This document shows, in pieces, positions 13,996 to 26,580 of a DNA stretch of 64,000 nucleotides. The position numbers were made by a program, and so were the translations under genes. The notes below the pieces were generated by a model. The model had not been told where the DNA came from. It did not search any database and saw only the letters and a program-made list of their open reading frames with translations. The stretch lies in contig MNCI01001065.1 in assembly GCA_015680685.1 (NCBI GenBank), positions 567,321-631,320 of the forward strand, read 5' to 3'. The first letter of the stretch is position 1, and each line of letters begins with the position of its first letter. This DNA is from Gnetum montanum. Lineage: Eukaryota > Plantae > Gnetophyta.

Positions 13996-15700
13996 CATCA
14001 ATGAAACTTATGAAGTAGGAATATCCTAAAAGATTTGTGTAGCCATGGAACCACATAAATCTAAATGCACAGGTTCTAGCTTTTCTTGTGCACACCAAAT
14101 ACTAGTAGGAAAAGAAGCTCAATGAGATTTTCCAAGTATGAAAGCATGACCTTAAGGCATAGACTTTGGAATAGTATGGAGACCAACATATCCTTTCTTC
14201 TTCATAGTTGTAATGTTCTGAATATTGGTGTATCCTAAATATACATGCCACAACATGAACATAGAGAAAACATTATTTTTAATAAGACAAACTTGATCAA
14301 TTAGTAAGAATTAACCATGAAGAAGAAGAAGAGGTCCACTATGATATCTCATTATTACTTCAAGTCCTTGAGAGGTTTGTATGCTAGCTCCTTGGGATGA
14401 GACAATGGACTTGATATTATCCATTTTAGCCAAGTGCATTAATGATAATAGATTTGAGCTTAATCAAGGTACATCAAGAACATCATGTAAAATATAATCT
14501 TTATGACCAAGAAGTTGGAGATTTATAGTTCCATGATCTATAACTTCAATGAATCCTTGATCTGCTAAGTATACATGGCTACACTAATCAACAAAACTTT
14601 GAAAGTAGTCATGATGTAGTGTCATATGCTTTGTGGCACCCAAGTCCATAATCCAAGATTTTGAGTGAGGAACATGATGAGAGATATGCACTTGTTATAC
14701 CTCCTTGATTATGTCTTTTGGATTAGTAACTACTATATTGGAATAATCATAATTTTTCTCTTAATATGAATCAACAATCTTGGAGACATTGTTGGCAGAA
14801 ATTTTTTGAACTCTATCCCAACTAGTCTTACAAATCTTTGTAAGATGTCCAAACTTTTCACATCTCTCAAATTGGATCTTGCTCTTATTTTGGTGTTTAG
14901 ATTGTTTTTTTTTTCTCACCTTTACTCTTGATATATCAACTTAGAAGAACTAAACATGGAGTTTTGACCCTTACCTTTACTTTTCAATATTTTGTTTCCT
15001 TTTCCTTGATTCATGACTTACTTTGAAGGCTAAGTTAGAATTCATTGTATAACTAGTTTTAGCAATAATGAGATCCTTTTTTAGCATTTCAAAAGTCATA
15101 GTGGGGAAATTTCCACTAGCATGCAAAAATAAGATGTAGCTTTACATGTGTGGATCCTAAAGAAAATATCTAATAATATTGTAGTAACGTAAAAAGAGTT
15201 TCGAATTAGGATCAATCTTCTTCACCTTCATCTTAATTTCTTTAATCTGAGCATACAGTTGTCACATGCATCCTAGTTCATATTTTAATGTATTCATATT
15301 AGATAGAAAATGTACAATTTTCATGTTATTCTTTGAATAGAAAGCATCTTGCAACAACTTATAATTTTCATATGTTGTAATTGTTGGATTAAGTAACTTT
15401 TGATGTTCATACGAAAGAGCTCTCCTAATTAATGCTTTTATAATAAAGTCATTTTCTTTCTATACCACCTCCTTGTCAACATCTATAGAAGGTGTGTGCA
15501 TGGTCTGAAGATGTTTGGTGTAGAGGCCATATATGGTAAGTATCATTCCACTTTTCCCAAGTATCTGAACCAAGTAATGAAGATTATATTTCCATTTGAA
15601 TGGCAGCAACAACAATAGGATTTTAATGACTCAATTTTTGACATCGTAGAATACACACATGTTGAAAAATCAGAATTTCTTTCCACCTTGTATGACCAAG
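13996..15700 (-). mobile_element. Same Copia element, 5' part: gag zinc knuckle, protease, start of integrase
   Basis: Minus strand: CEKFGHLTKIC knuckle (about 14830-14865) and protease SWIMDLGATKHM (about 14625-14660). Removing the 1064-13990 insert and one TSD copy restores integrase ISFIDDYSQCRWIYLIK. 5' boundary not resolved. Confidence 0.85.
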
Positions 15701-17535
15701 GTCGATGTAAGAAGGAATGACACAATGGTTTTGAGGGTCTTTTGCCCTTTTAATCAATCCTTAAAAACTTCCCCTCTAGGTTAGAAAAAGGATCATTATC
15801 TTATCCTTTTTCAAAGGCACTCTTTTGGGTTTTAACCTTCTAGTCAATGCTTCTTATAGCCTAAAAACATGTATTTTGAACAAACGTGCTTGTAAAAATG
15901 ATATTTGTCATTAGTGAGATGCTCTGTCTATGTGAAGTTGCATGCACACAAATGCAATGTTGATAAAGAAAAGAGAAACTTGAAAAAATAAATAGATATA
16001 AAACTTTTCTTACTAAACTATGCTTTGGTTACCTACACAAAGTGGCTACCTATGAGTTGTACCAACTAAGAGAAAGTTTATATCTAAACCTTCAAATTAA
16101 AAGAAAAGAGAAACCAAATCCAAGCCCACATAGATATTGCACAATCTTGGCAAATTCTAATATATTAAGATACAAAATTACTTTTAATATGTAAGGAAAA
16201 GTGTTAAACTATAACTCAATTTGATATATATTAATAATATATGTTAAATACATTATATAAGTTAATTATATTCAACACAAAAAATAACAAAGTACTAAAT
16301 ACATGAAAATACACAATTCACACAAGTGCATAATAACCCAAAGGATCTTGTTCTACATTCACAAGGATTATAAACCTACCCAACGCATCTTGCTCCACAT
16401 CCACACGAGGTAAAAAAACTTAAGATTGAATACACTAAAGTTGAAAAGCACTTTCAAAAGAAATTTATATATATAATATATATATATATGTTTTTAAAAA
16501 AGAGAGTATTCAACAATTGATATGATTCAGTTAGCAATGATGATAACATGCATAATAATTATAAAGTCAAACAAAACTTCACTGTAACAAAGCATTTTTC
16601 TGATTCCCAATAATGATGATAAAACAGATTTCTTACGTCTTTGCTTGCTTGGGTGCTACACGCTGTGGCCTTCTATTTGTGATAGACTGGTACATCTACA
16701 CCAATGCAACAGATGAAGCGGAAGTCCTAAATTACAATACAATCAAAACATCTCTGTCAACGGCAACAATGGCAGGAGAAGATTCAGTTGCAATGGTGGC
16801 GGTGGTGCTGCTGCTGGTGTTGTAGGCATAAGCAGCAAACACAAGGCTAAACTGAAACCACCAACAACGTATGTTTTGGGTACGGCTGGAATCTCAGAAT
16901 TTCCAAACATGAAGGTATATGTCCCATTAAATTCCAACCCTGATTCTGGGACCGATAGCTGAAAGTGACGTGGAGTGCTAGAATTTTCATTTATGTGCAG
17001 AAATAAAAAAATCTGCTCGAAATTTCCGTTTCCTGTGTAAAAAATAAAATAGAGAGCAACTAACATAGAAACAAAAAGCAATATGAGAGAGAGGAGAGAT
17101 CCTTAAGCAGGAAAAAATTGAAACTCCTTCACTGTGAACAAAAATGAGAGACCTCCAAATTCCAAAGCAAAAAATATTGAAGGTCAATCACCAACGATCA
17201 AATCAACCTTGTGCTCCAATACTATATGATAACATAACAGATAGCCAATGAACTGCCAATGAACTGAATGCACATGCTTCATTACTGAAACATATAAATG
17301 AATCGTACAAAGATAAATTGAAGATCATAACCCCAATATATAGCCAAAGAAGAACTAAAACTAACTCCAACATAAAATAGAAAGATCCCAAAGAAAAGGG
17401 GAAAATAGGCAATAGAGTTACCAAAATGAAGGAAAGAACAGGAAGAAAAGCTCTAGCAAAAAAAAAAAAAAAAACAAAAGAAAGAAAGAAAGAGAGTTAT
17501 GAATTGAAACAGCTATAATAGGTCGGTGCACTAGA

Positions 17536-17740
17536 TTGCTCAAGGTCATGCCCTCTTTTTCAATGGAATTTTCTAGGTTTAGTAGGTCATCTAGTGCCTT
17601 CACATTGAGGTTGGATCCATGCTACTCACATGTTCATTTGCTCATGGTCATGCATTCTTTTTCAATGGAATTTTCTAGGTTTAGTAGGTCATCTAGTGCC
17701 TTTAAATTGAGGTTGGATCCATGTTACTCCCATGTTCATT
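17536..17740. repeat. Tandem duplication, about 102-bp unit x2
   Basis: TTGCTCA(A/T)GGTCATGC...CATGTTCATTT starts at 17536 and again at 17638. Confidence 0.9.
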
Positions 17741-17892
17741 TATGTTATGGTTTGTCCTTATTGATCTTGATTAAAACTACATGATCTAGAGGTTGCAATC
17801 GGTGCTAAGCTAGTTGGTATTAGATCTTCACTTTTGATGTTGGACTAGTTACCATTGGTGGATTTGGATTTAGCAATTCATGCAAGGATTTT

Positions 17893-18726
17893 TTATGAGT
17901 CGTCATTTGGGGCAACCGCGATATCGCATACACGATATCGCAGCCCAACCCGCAATATCGCATACGCGATATCGCAGCCTGTCTCCTCATCTATAAATAA
18001 GAGGTAGGAAGATCCAATAGGGAGCTTTTTGTTAGTTTTAGAGTCAGTTAGTTTGTAGTGTTTTCATTTCTTTCTCTCAACCCTTTTCCTCTCCATGTAT
18101 GCCCACAGTGTGGTGAATGTAATTATATGGCATCCTTTATTCGAGTGTGACGTACTTGGACACGCACATGACCGACAATAAAGATCGAGATTACTTCATC
18201 ATTGTAGCATTCACTTAGTTTAATTATTTAATTAATTGTTATTTACTACTTTCCTAGTTAATCTCTCTCACCCTTAAACTCATGTTAAAACATAGACTGA
18301 GTACGACTTGATTACGAGCATTTAAGTGTGACTACTTGGTAACCCAGTAGCGTACCTAGGATCTGCGCTTGGTAATCCCAATAGTAGTCGTGCACGAAGT
18401 CCAAGATGTGTACGGATAATCAAGGAACAGATGCTCATCGCACTTAGGCTAGTTTAGATTCTCTTACCCTTTCTCTATTAGCTTAGATAATATTACTTTC
18501 CATTGCCTTCAAGAGTAGCATTAGATAAGAAACCTATCATACACCTCACTCTGGACTAAACCATATGTGACAAATCTAATACTAGTCTAGGTGGGAAGAC
18601 AACGAACTACAACCTAAGACTAACTGTCTAGATGCCACAACTAGTCTGTCTGCGGAGTTCCACCAGATTGCACGTGTAACACTCATATTCGTATGGTTGA
18701 GTGTAGGGGTACCTTGCCACTCATCA
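17893..18726 (+). repeat. 5' LTR of element B
   Basis: Direct repeat of 25714-26575; CGATATCG boxes at 17919-17974; TATAAATA near 17992. Confidence 0.95.
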
Positions 18727-18867
18727 TTGGCAGCATTTTTGGGGATGGTGCTAGTTATTTAGATTAGTTATATCATACAAGGTCGCTGTAAAGGACTTAA
18801 CAATATATCTTTTAAGAAGAAATAATTATTAAAATTCACACATAAATTCACACACAATTTCACAACC

Positions 18868-20854
18868 ATGGCTCTCCTACAAGATTACAATAATGCCACA
18901 CCTAGTGAGGAAGTTCATTGGAGAACCAACAAATTATATGACAATGAAGATTGGAGTACACCATGCGAGGTGGGGGTTTCTTATAAACATGAACGAAGGA
19001 AACGTCATCCTAATGCACGAAAGCATAACTTACTTGATGACAATGAACTTCCACTAGCCACTACAAGCTTAACGCAAATACAAGAGGTTGTTCGAATCTC
19101 ACGTAGGCATCGTAAAGAAAGCCATCTACCCAAGCTCAATTTAAACAACTTCCCTACTTTTTTAGGAGGCTATGATTTAGACCTATATCAACATTTACAA
19201 GCCTTCTACGATGCTTGCACATGGAATAACATTGATAACGGGTAGCAAAAACTTAAGCTCCTTCCCATGACACTCGTTGGCCAAAGCAAAAGTATGGTAT
19301 AGATTGTTAAAACCAAATTCAATACGATGTTGGTCAATGATGGTAGAAGTTTTTAACGGAAAATATCAAACCTATGCAAGAGTGTTAGCCTTGAGGAAAC
19401 AAATCCAAGAGTGGAAACAAGTGAAACATAAACCCTTGGACATGGCCTTAGAAAGATATTATGCACTATTAAACAACTGTCCAGGCCATGGGTTTTCCGA
19501 GGAAAGGCTAATGTACCATATCATTGATGGGCTTCGTGATGCAACAAGAGTAACCCTAGGGATGTATGCCCAAGGTCAACTATACGAACTACGAACCCAT
19601 TAAGTCCAAGAGCTTATTAAGTGGGTAGTCAAAGAAGAAGGTGAAATGGCTAGATGGGAGAGTGTTGAAACACATCAATGGGACCAAAATCTTAACTTAA
19701 CAAAGGTCCATAATCATAAAAAGGAGAAATCAACCTATCACAAGGAGAAAGAATCATCTTTGCCAATACAACAACCATTAGAAGAAGTTAAGGCAAAGAT
19801 CAATAAGATGTTGGAATGGACGTATAAAAAGTGTGGAGAATATATTGATATTATTGGAGATAGATTTTTGACAAACCGAGAAGTAGGACAAAGTATCACT
19901 AGACAATCGGAAAGAAGGGATAAGGAAAATAAGAGCTTAACTACCAATCTTACGTATGAATGCAACATATGCCTGTACGATCGCCCCAAGGGCTAATGCC
20001 CAATCTTGTCACATTTACATGAGCATTGGGGAAATACATTACATCCAAAGTTCATACAGAGATACTATGTTTGATCATATTGGCAAAAATCCTAGTCGTG
20101 AGAGAGACCACCACTAAACTGGAGACACCCTTCATATCATTTGAACCCAAATGCTTATCTTGTTCAACATCCTATTTATCCAGCTACGCCAACACACTTT
20201 ATCTCACCACAGTACCATTCTCCTCAATACTATCAGCCCATGCCTTCAACACAACCACCACCTTGTGTATCCTACACTTCTCCTCAATTTCAACATTCTC
20301 ATCCTTTCCCTCCTTATACATCACCACCAACTGTTCCTAAGGTGTCTGCACCACAGCAACAACCCACGGACGTTACTTGTGCTGCTACTACCAATAGTAA
20401 TGAGAGGCCTCCTCAATATCCAAATCGTCCCTTCTTTAAACATGACCATAAGAAGGGACAACAAAATTCCGAGACCACTACATCCTCCAACTCAGCACAA
20501 GTCCCATACAATGGTACACCCTTATCTTCGAACCCAATGCCTCATGTAACTCCATTAGGGCCACCAACTCACACTCCAACAACAATACAGCCCAATGAAC
20601 ACAGGAACGGAGAGCGACAACCCGATCCCTGCATACCATCTTCCGGTTACCAACATCATAGTGGATCAACTTATTATCCGAGAACTACATCGTACAAATT
20701 GCCCCACTATGTTCACTATAATCAAGTGTGTGAACCCCGATGGGGTAAGTATGACCAGGCCCTAATATTTCCAACATGCAAGGATTCTCATCTTCCATTT
20801 GTTAATCCTTTCCATCCTCAACCGTTTAGTTATGGGGGATATCCCCCATTCTAA
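18868..20854 (+). pseudogene. gag of element B (retrotransposon gag domain, Cys/His motif, Pro/Gln-rich tail)
   Basis: FPTFLGG...QHLQAFYDAC; AKVWYRLLKPNSIRCW; NNCPGHGF...DGL. Homologous to 52561-53196. In-frame stops and frameshifts. Confidence 0.85.
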
Positions 20855-22251
20855 TAATAAGCAGGATTAATACCCACTTTTTATTTTCTTTAATTTTACA
20901 ACTTTTTGTTTTCCAATTTTTCATTTTTCAATTTCTTGTTTTATCTTTTTACCTTTTTGTCTTTTTGTCCTTTTACATTTTTTGTAAGTAATCTCTTCTA
21001 TGAATAAAACACTCGTGTGGATCGCTAGTTGAGGTGTGTTCTATGTTGTCGAGTCTCGAGTGATCAATTATTTGGATAGTGAGCCCATTACACCCACTCA
21101 TCCATTCTACAAATAAGAGGTTCTGTTCGAGGATACAGTGATATTCTTGATATGTTTTAAAACTTAAAATTAATTTTGTGTTCATTGTACCTAGAATGAA
21201 GAAGGATGGACCAAGAGGGATGATTAGGGTGTGACATCAAGGGGACTTGAGGATTCTCTTTGGTGACATCTGTGAGAGTTATCATGCAACGTGGTTGTAC
21301 TAAGATCCTTGTAGATCTAACGAAAAATGGGAGTAAGAGTAATCAAAAGGGCACCCAAAAATCCAATGTTGTTCTAGGGGGTCCCACTGGAAAGACATGC
21401 ATCCATGCCTGAAGGTTGGTGGCTTCTTTGGATTCAATATTCAAAAAAAAAAAGAAGATAGAAAAGAGAAGAAAAAGAAGGAAGTGCCACAAAACAAAAA
21501 TCACTCCTCCCTTGAATAAAATGCCAAGTGATCGTACGCCTTGTTGTTATGGTACTCTCATAGTTGCTCATCATGGGATGAAACAATGTGATGTCACTGA
21601 TTAGAAGAATGGACTTGGTCCTGATCTTGGAACGACGGGTTAATGACACCTTAATCATGCTTTTCATGCAGGATTCACTATGCCTTGGGTTAGTTACCTC
21701 ATTTCCCAATCTTACAATCCCTTTCTATAGTTCATTTCATCTCACTGTTCTTGTAATTGTAGCTCGTGTCATGTGTAACATAGAACTCTTACCTCATTCT
21801 GGTGATAATTAAATGTGTGTGTTTTGTGAAGTCAATGTGGATTACATTTAACCCTTCTAGTGCCCATAGACACTTTAAGTGTGGTTACACAAGGGCATTA
21901 TAGGTTGGAACCTGCTTTGGGGAGGACCCACTTGTGTAATCTTTTGTAATCTTCACTTATAACATAGCTCACACACACCATTTCTTACCCTCAACATAAT
22001 TTTCAAATGATTTTCTTTCCCTACTACTATCCCTCCAAATCAATGTTCCTATGTACCATTACATAGCCTTTTTCTCTACCACCCAAGGTCCTTATTGATA
22101 AAACCCACAAATCATTATTCATGCCTTCAAAACCATCTATTTACCTTTGAACCCCTTAACAATAGTCTACTTTCCTAAGTTACAACATTAATTTCAAGAA
22201 AATCCCTAAAAATTCGGTATTTTTGTGGTGCCCCAATGTCACTAGGGCCAT

Positions 22252-22308
22252 GATATCACATTCACGATGTATCGTACACGATATCGCGTCCCTCCAACCC
22301 TATAAATA
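22252..22308 (+). promoter_or_regulatory. Internal promoter candidate of element B accessory ORF
   Basis: GATATC at 22252, CGATATCG at 22279, TATAAATA at 22301-22308. Confidence 0.65.
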
Positions 22309-22560
22309 AGTGACCCCCCTGCAACACTTAGCATCATTTCTTGCCATTCATGTGGGGGAGTTTTTCAAATTTTTCTCTACGACTTGCCAGTATGAAACCT
22401 TTGCTTTTCAACCTCTATCTCACTTGTTGGTACTCCGATTTTAATTCCGTCTGAACCTGCTTAAACCTGGAGTGTTCAGCTTAGTCGTGGGGGAGGAACA
22501 CCTACCGAAAAGTGCTTAACTTTTTTGGAATTTATCATCGTCCAAAGGACATCATCTAGG

Positions 22561-22784
22561 GTAATTAGCTATAACACTTAGAATAATTGTGCCCAAAAAT
22601 CATTTAATCCCTAGGTATACCGGGAAACTAAAATTGGAAACCACCTAAGCCACAGGACTCATTATTAAAATCATTCAGGCAATATCACATGGAGATAAAG
22701 TAAATTAATTAATTAAGGCAAGCAATAAGGTATAACTTAACTTCAAAAACAACCTTACTAACACTTGGCCCCATGTGATTGCAG
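22561..22784 (+). other. Predicted 5'-UTR intron ending immediately before the accessory ORF ATG
   Basis: Donor AGG|GTAATT at 22561; branch TACTAAC at 22756-22762; acceptor TTGCAG|ATG. The donor context is conserved in element A (minus strand, 5218). Confidence 0.65.
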
Positions 22785-25547
22785 ATGGCCCCGAAACGTG
22801 GACAAAAGGAAGGTCCTACTCAAGGTGGAAGGAAACGACCTAGGAGAGGTGGAAGACAAGATCCTGTCAGACAACATGCAGAATAGGAGGAACAATCATT
22901 CAACATTCATCAAGAGGACCCTCCAACTATATAGTCTGGGTAGGCAGAAGGAGGAGCGGCTGCAGTGCCTGAAAAGGAACAACATCTCACGTTGCCCCAA
23001 GATTGTGTTCAGGCCATCCATGAAAAGTCCACATTCACTATGGTGATTGTGGAATTGAACTTTGAATCTTTTGTAGAGTTCGCTCCTGAGGCCATTAGGG
23101 ATCATCTCAAAGGATCTTCCTTATGGCCTACCCTCTCTGAAAGTGGCGCCTAGTACCTAGGGGAGACATACCAATTTTGGCACAATATGGAACAAGGTAC
23201 CACTATCAACATTTTTGGTGTGACAGTTAATTTATCCATGCAGGCCATTTCGGAAGTGTTAAACCTTCAGTTATCCACCCGTTCAAACCTCAATGTGCGA
23301 CATGATTGGTTGGAAAGGGCTTATGGTAGAGATAAAACATTTGGAGAGTTGACAATGGAAGAAAGGATCTACTTTAAAACTGGAACATATCACCTCTTCC
23401 CCATGAAGGGCTTAAAAAGGATATCAACGTATGCAACGAGAGGATGTGCAATGTTGATGGGAAAGGTTAATGCTAACCTACTCCATCTATATTTAACAGA
23501 GATCCTAAGGAGGTTCGTGGAATGGAAGATAGGAAAGATGGCATTACTTTTCCCTTGTCTTATCAGAAAGCTTTGTCGACATGCTGGTATCAGGGGGTAT
23601 ACCAATGATGTCCTCCAAAAAGCCCAAAATGCTTCCTATGTTGAACTGTTAAAGCCACTAGCCGCAAGGAAAATTACTGGTGAGACACTGGGACCAGAAG
23701 AAGAAGAAGAACAAACGGTTGGACCAATTGCAACTCAACTTGTAGGTCCCAGCCAACCTCCAAGCACAAGACCCAGCCAACAACAGGAAGCAGGGCCCAA
23801 CACAGGCTAGGATTAGCCGCCGCTGCAAGACTAAAGACCGTTAATGAGCCATCTCAGGGCCATCACTAAGATGGTCATTTGGGGAAGTCGTGATGATGCA
23901 AACCTCTTTTGCGTCATCGATGATGCCATTCAGCCCACAGTTTCTATGGATCACATAAGGGGTGAAGTATCTATTCATACAGGAGGAGGGGAAAGTGTTT
24001 GGTCACAATAGATCTTGGGAAATGTGGCATCTTTCCAAGTGCAATTAGAAACAAGTGAAGGGGCCACTGTGGTGGTCATGCAACATCAAGGTGCCGCAGG
24101 AGCTGTAGATGTGGTTGCAGAACACATTAAAGAATCATTCAATGTACCTTTTGTGCCACCGATAGATCTCACAAGAGCATAGGATGCTTAAATTTTGGCG
24201 AGAACCTCAATGACTCCTGCAGAACATGAGGATGCACTTGATCAATTGCTACAAACAAGACAAGTAATGACATCCTTGTTTGACATCCCACAGGATGTTA
24301 CAGTAATTCAGTCAGACCTCATTTCCACAAAGGGGAAGCTAGTCTTAACAAAAGTGAGGGTCGAGCATGTGCAAGTAGAAGTGCAGAAATTGCAAGAACA
24401 GCTCATGGCCCTACAAGCAATGCAGCGGGACCCTCTACAATTTGTTCCTGCAGACCAGCTAGATAATTTTAGAACTGAGCAACTAACCAAGTTAATCACG
24501 AAGAATAAAAAGGTGGCTGATGAAAAAGAGAAGGTTGTTTGGGATGCCTCGGTAGCACAAGCACAAACTCATGCACATCTCAAAGCACTCAAGGCCTTAC
24601 AGGAAGAAAATAAACAACTCGTTGCCGACAACCTTCAGTTGACCACTGTGGAAAAGCAAAAGAATGTTCTCGAGGAACACTTCCATCAATTACGAGAACA
24701 ATTCATCTGAGTCAACTAAGACATAAGTCGTTTAGCTAGGGAGAATTGAACCCTCTCAATGAAGGAGGTACGTGCAATTTGTCAAAAGATAGCCATTGAA
24801 ATAAGCGTGTGGAAAAATGAGGCTAAACAACATGAAAAGTTGAAGGAGCACTTCCGAGATAAAGTGGGGATGCAAAAATAGATCCTTGAGAAGGAGATCA
24901 ATATGGCCAAGGCCCACATCAATGCTATCAGTGCTCAACACACTGACTAGCAAGCCATATTGGACACATATGCCTTTGCCCACCAAGCGAAAGTTAAGAA
25001 CCGAGACTTGCAGATTTAGGATCTGATAGAATACATGGAGTTGGCAAACCTACAGTATGCCAACCTTTCCATGTTAACAGCAGGGCACTTGAGGATAGAG
25101 CTCGAGCAACAGGTAGAAACCACCTATGTTAAATACGAAGCAAAATTTGTAGAATGCAAGAAGTTGTTGGAAAAACTAGAGGTCGCAAATTCTGAGCTTG
25201 AGGTGGTAAAGGCAAGCTACCAAGGCCAAAAATGTGTCATAGCAGATTTGGCTCGACAGCTTGTAGATTTCTAGGAATACAAAGATAAATCTAGAGCCTA
25301 CAAAGAGGAACGTCAGGTGTTTGCGGCTTGGTATGTCAAGGCCAATCAAATGTTTCCGCAACTACCCTATCCATGGAAAGTGCTGACTCTATCAAACATC
25401 AGAACATTAGCATGGATGGCACAGGATCCCCAAACTAAAGAGGAGAAGCTCCAAGCCATACTCCAACACCACCAAGTCTCAAAACCTAGAGCACAAGACA
25501 AAGGGAAAGCACCAATGGAGGAGCCATCACCACCTGGAACTACATGA
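22785..25547 (+). pseudogene. Accessory ORF of element B: basic N-terminus, Athila extra-ORF-like domain, long coiled coil (about 900 codons, several stops)
   Basis: Starts MAPKRGQKEGPTQGGRKRPRR. Motifs QFWHN...IFGVTVNLSMQAISEVLNL and LLFPCLIRKLCRHAGI resemble Athila env-position proteins. Heptad-rich ORFs at 24195-25547. Confidence 0.8.
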
Positions 25548-25713
25548 GTTCCACCCATTTTTGTAGATGTAGAACATACCTTGTGTTATGTCTTCATTTT
25601 GTTTTCATTCCACACTACGGCATAACCCCATTTTTCCCATCTAATAATCCCATACCTATCCACTGTGTAATCACTATAACTCGAGGATGAGTTTTCATTC
25701 AGTCGTGGGGGTA

Positions 25714-26575
25714 TGATGAGTCATCATTTGGGGTGACTGTGATATCACGTATGTGATATCATGGTCACGATATTGCATTTGCGATATCACAGCCCAAACC
25801 ACAATATCGCATACGCGATATCACAACCTATCTCCTCATCTATAAATAATAGGTAGACAGATCCAATAAGGAGCTTTTTGTTAGTTTTAGATTCAGATAG
25901 TCTGTAGTGTTTTCATTTCTTTCTCTCAACCCTTTTCCTCTCGGTGTATGCCCACAGTGTGGTGAATGTAATTGTATTGCATCCTTTATTCGAGTGTGAC
26001 GTACTTGGACACACACATGATTGGCAATAAAGATTGAGATTACTTCATCATTACAGCATTCACTTAGTTTAATCATTTAATTAATTGTTATTTACTGCTT
26101 TTCTAGTTAATCTCTCTCACCCTTAAACTCATGTTAAAACACAAAATGAGTACGACTTGATTACAAGAATTTAAGTGTGACCACTTGGTAACCCAGTAGC
26201 GTACCTAGGATCTGCGCTTGGTAATCCCAATAGTAGTCATGCACGAAGTCCAAGATGTGTATAGATAACCAAGGAATGGATGCTCATCGCACTTAGGCTA
26301 GTTTAGATTCTCTTACCCTTTCTCTCTTAGCTTAGATAATATTACTTTCCATTGCCTTCAGGAGTAGCATTAGATTAGAAACCCATCATACATCTCAATC
26401 TGGACTTAACCATACATGACAAAGCTAATACTAGTCTAAGTGGGAAGATAGCAAACTGTGACCTAAGGCTAATTGTCTAGATTCCACAACTAGTCCATCT
26501 GCGAAGTTTGACCAGATCGCGCGTGTAACGCTCATATTTTTATGGTTGAGTGTAGGGGTACCTCACCACTCATCA
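25714..26575 (+). repeat. 3' LTR of element B
   Basis: TGATGAG...TCATCA; preceded by PPT. Confidence 0.95.
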
Positions 26576-26580
26576 ATTGT

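Larger units (their letters stand above)
17893..26575 (+). mobile_element. Athila-like element B lacking pol (LTR-gag-spacer-accessory ORF-LTR)
   Basis: LTRs 17893-18726 and 25714-26575; degenerate PBS TTGGCAGCATTTTTGGGGA; PPT AGTCGTGGGGGTA (25701-25713); near-TSD ATTTT/ATTGT. No PR, RT, RH or INT motifs seen. Confidence 0.9.

Noticed and set aside
17893-17930. LTR start TGATGAGTC resembling a hammerhead (retrozyme) core
   Set aside because: No matching GAAA and stems follow; it is simply the LTR terminus.
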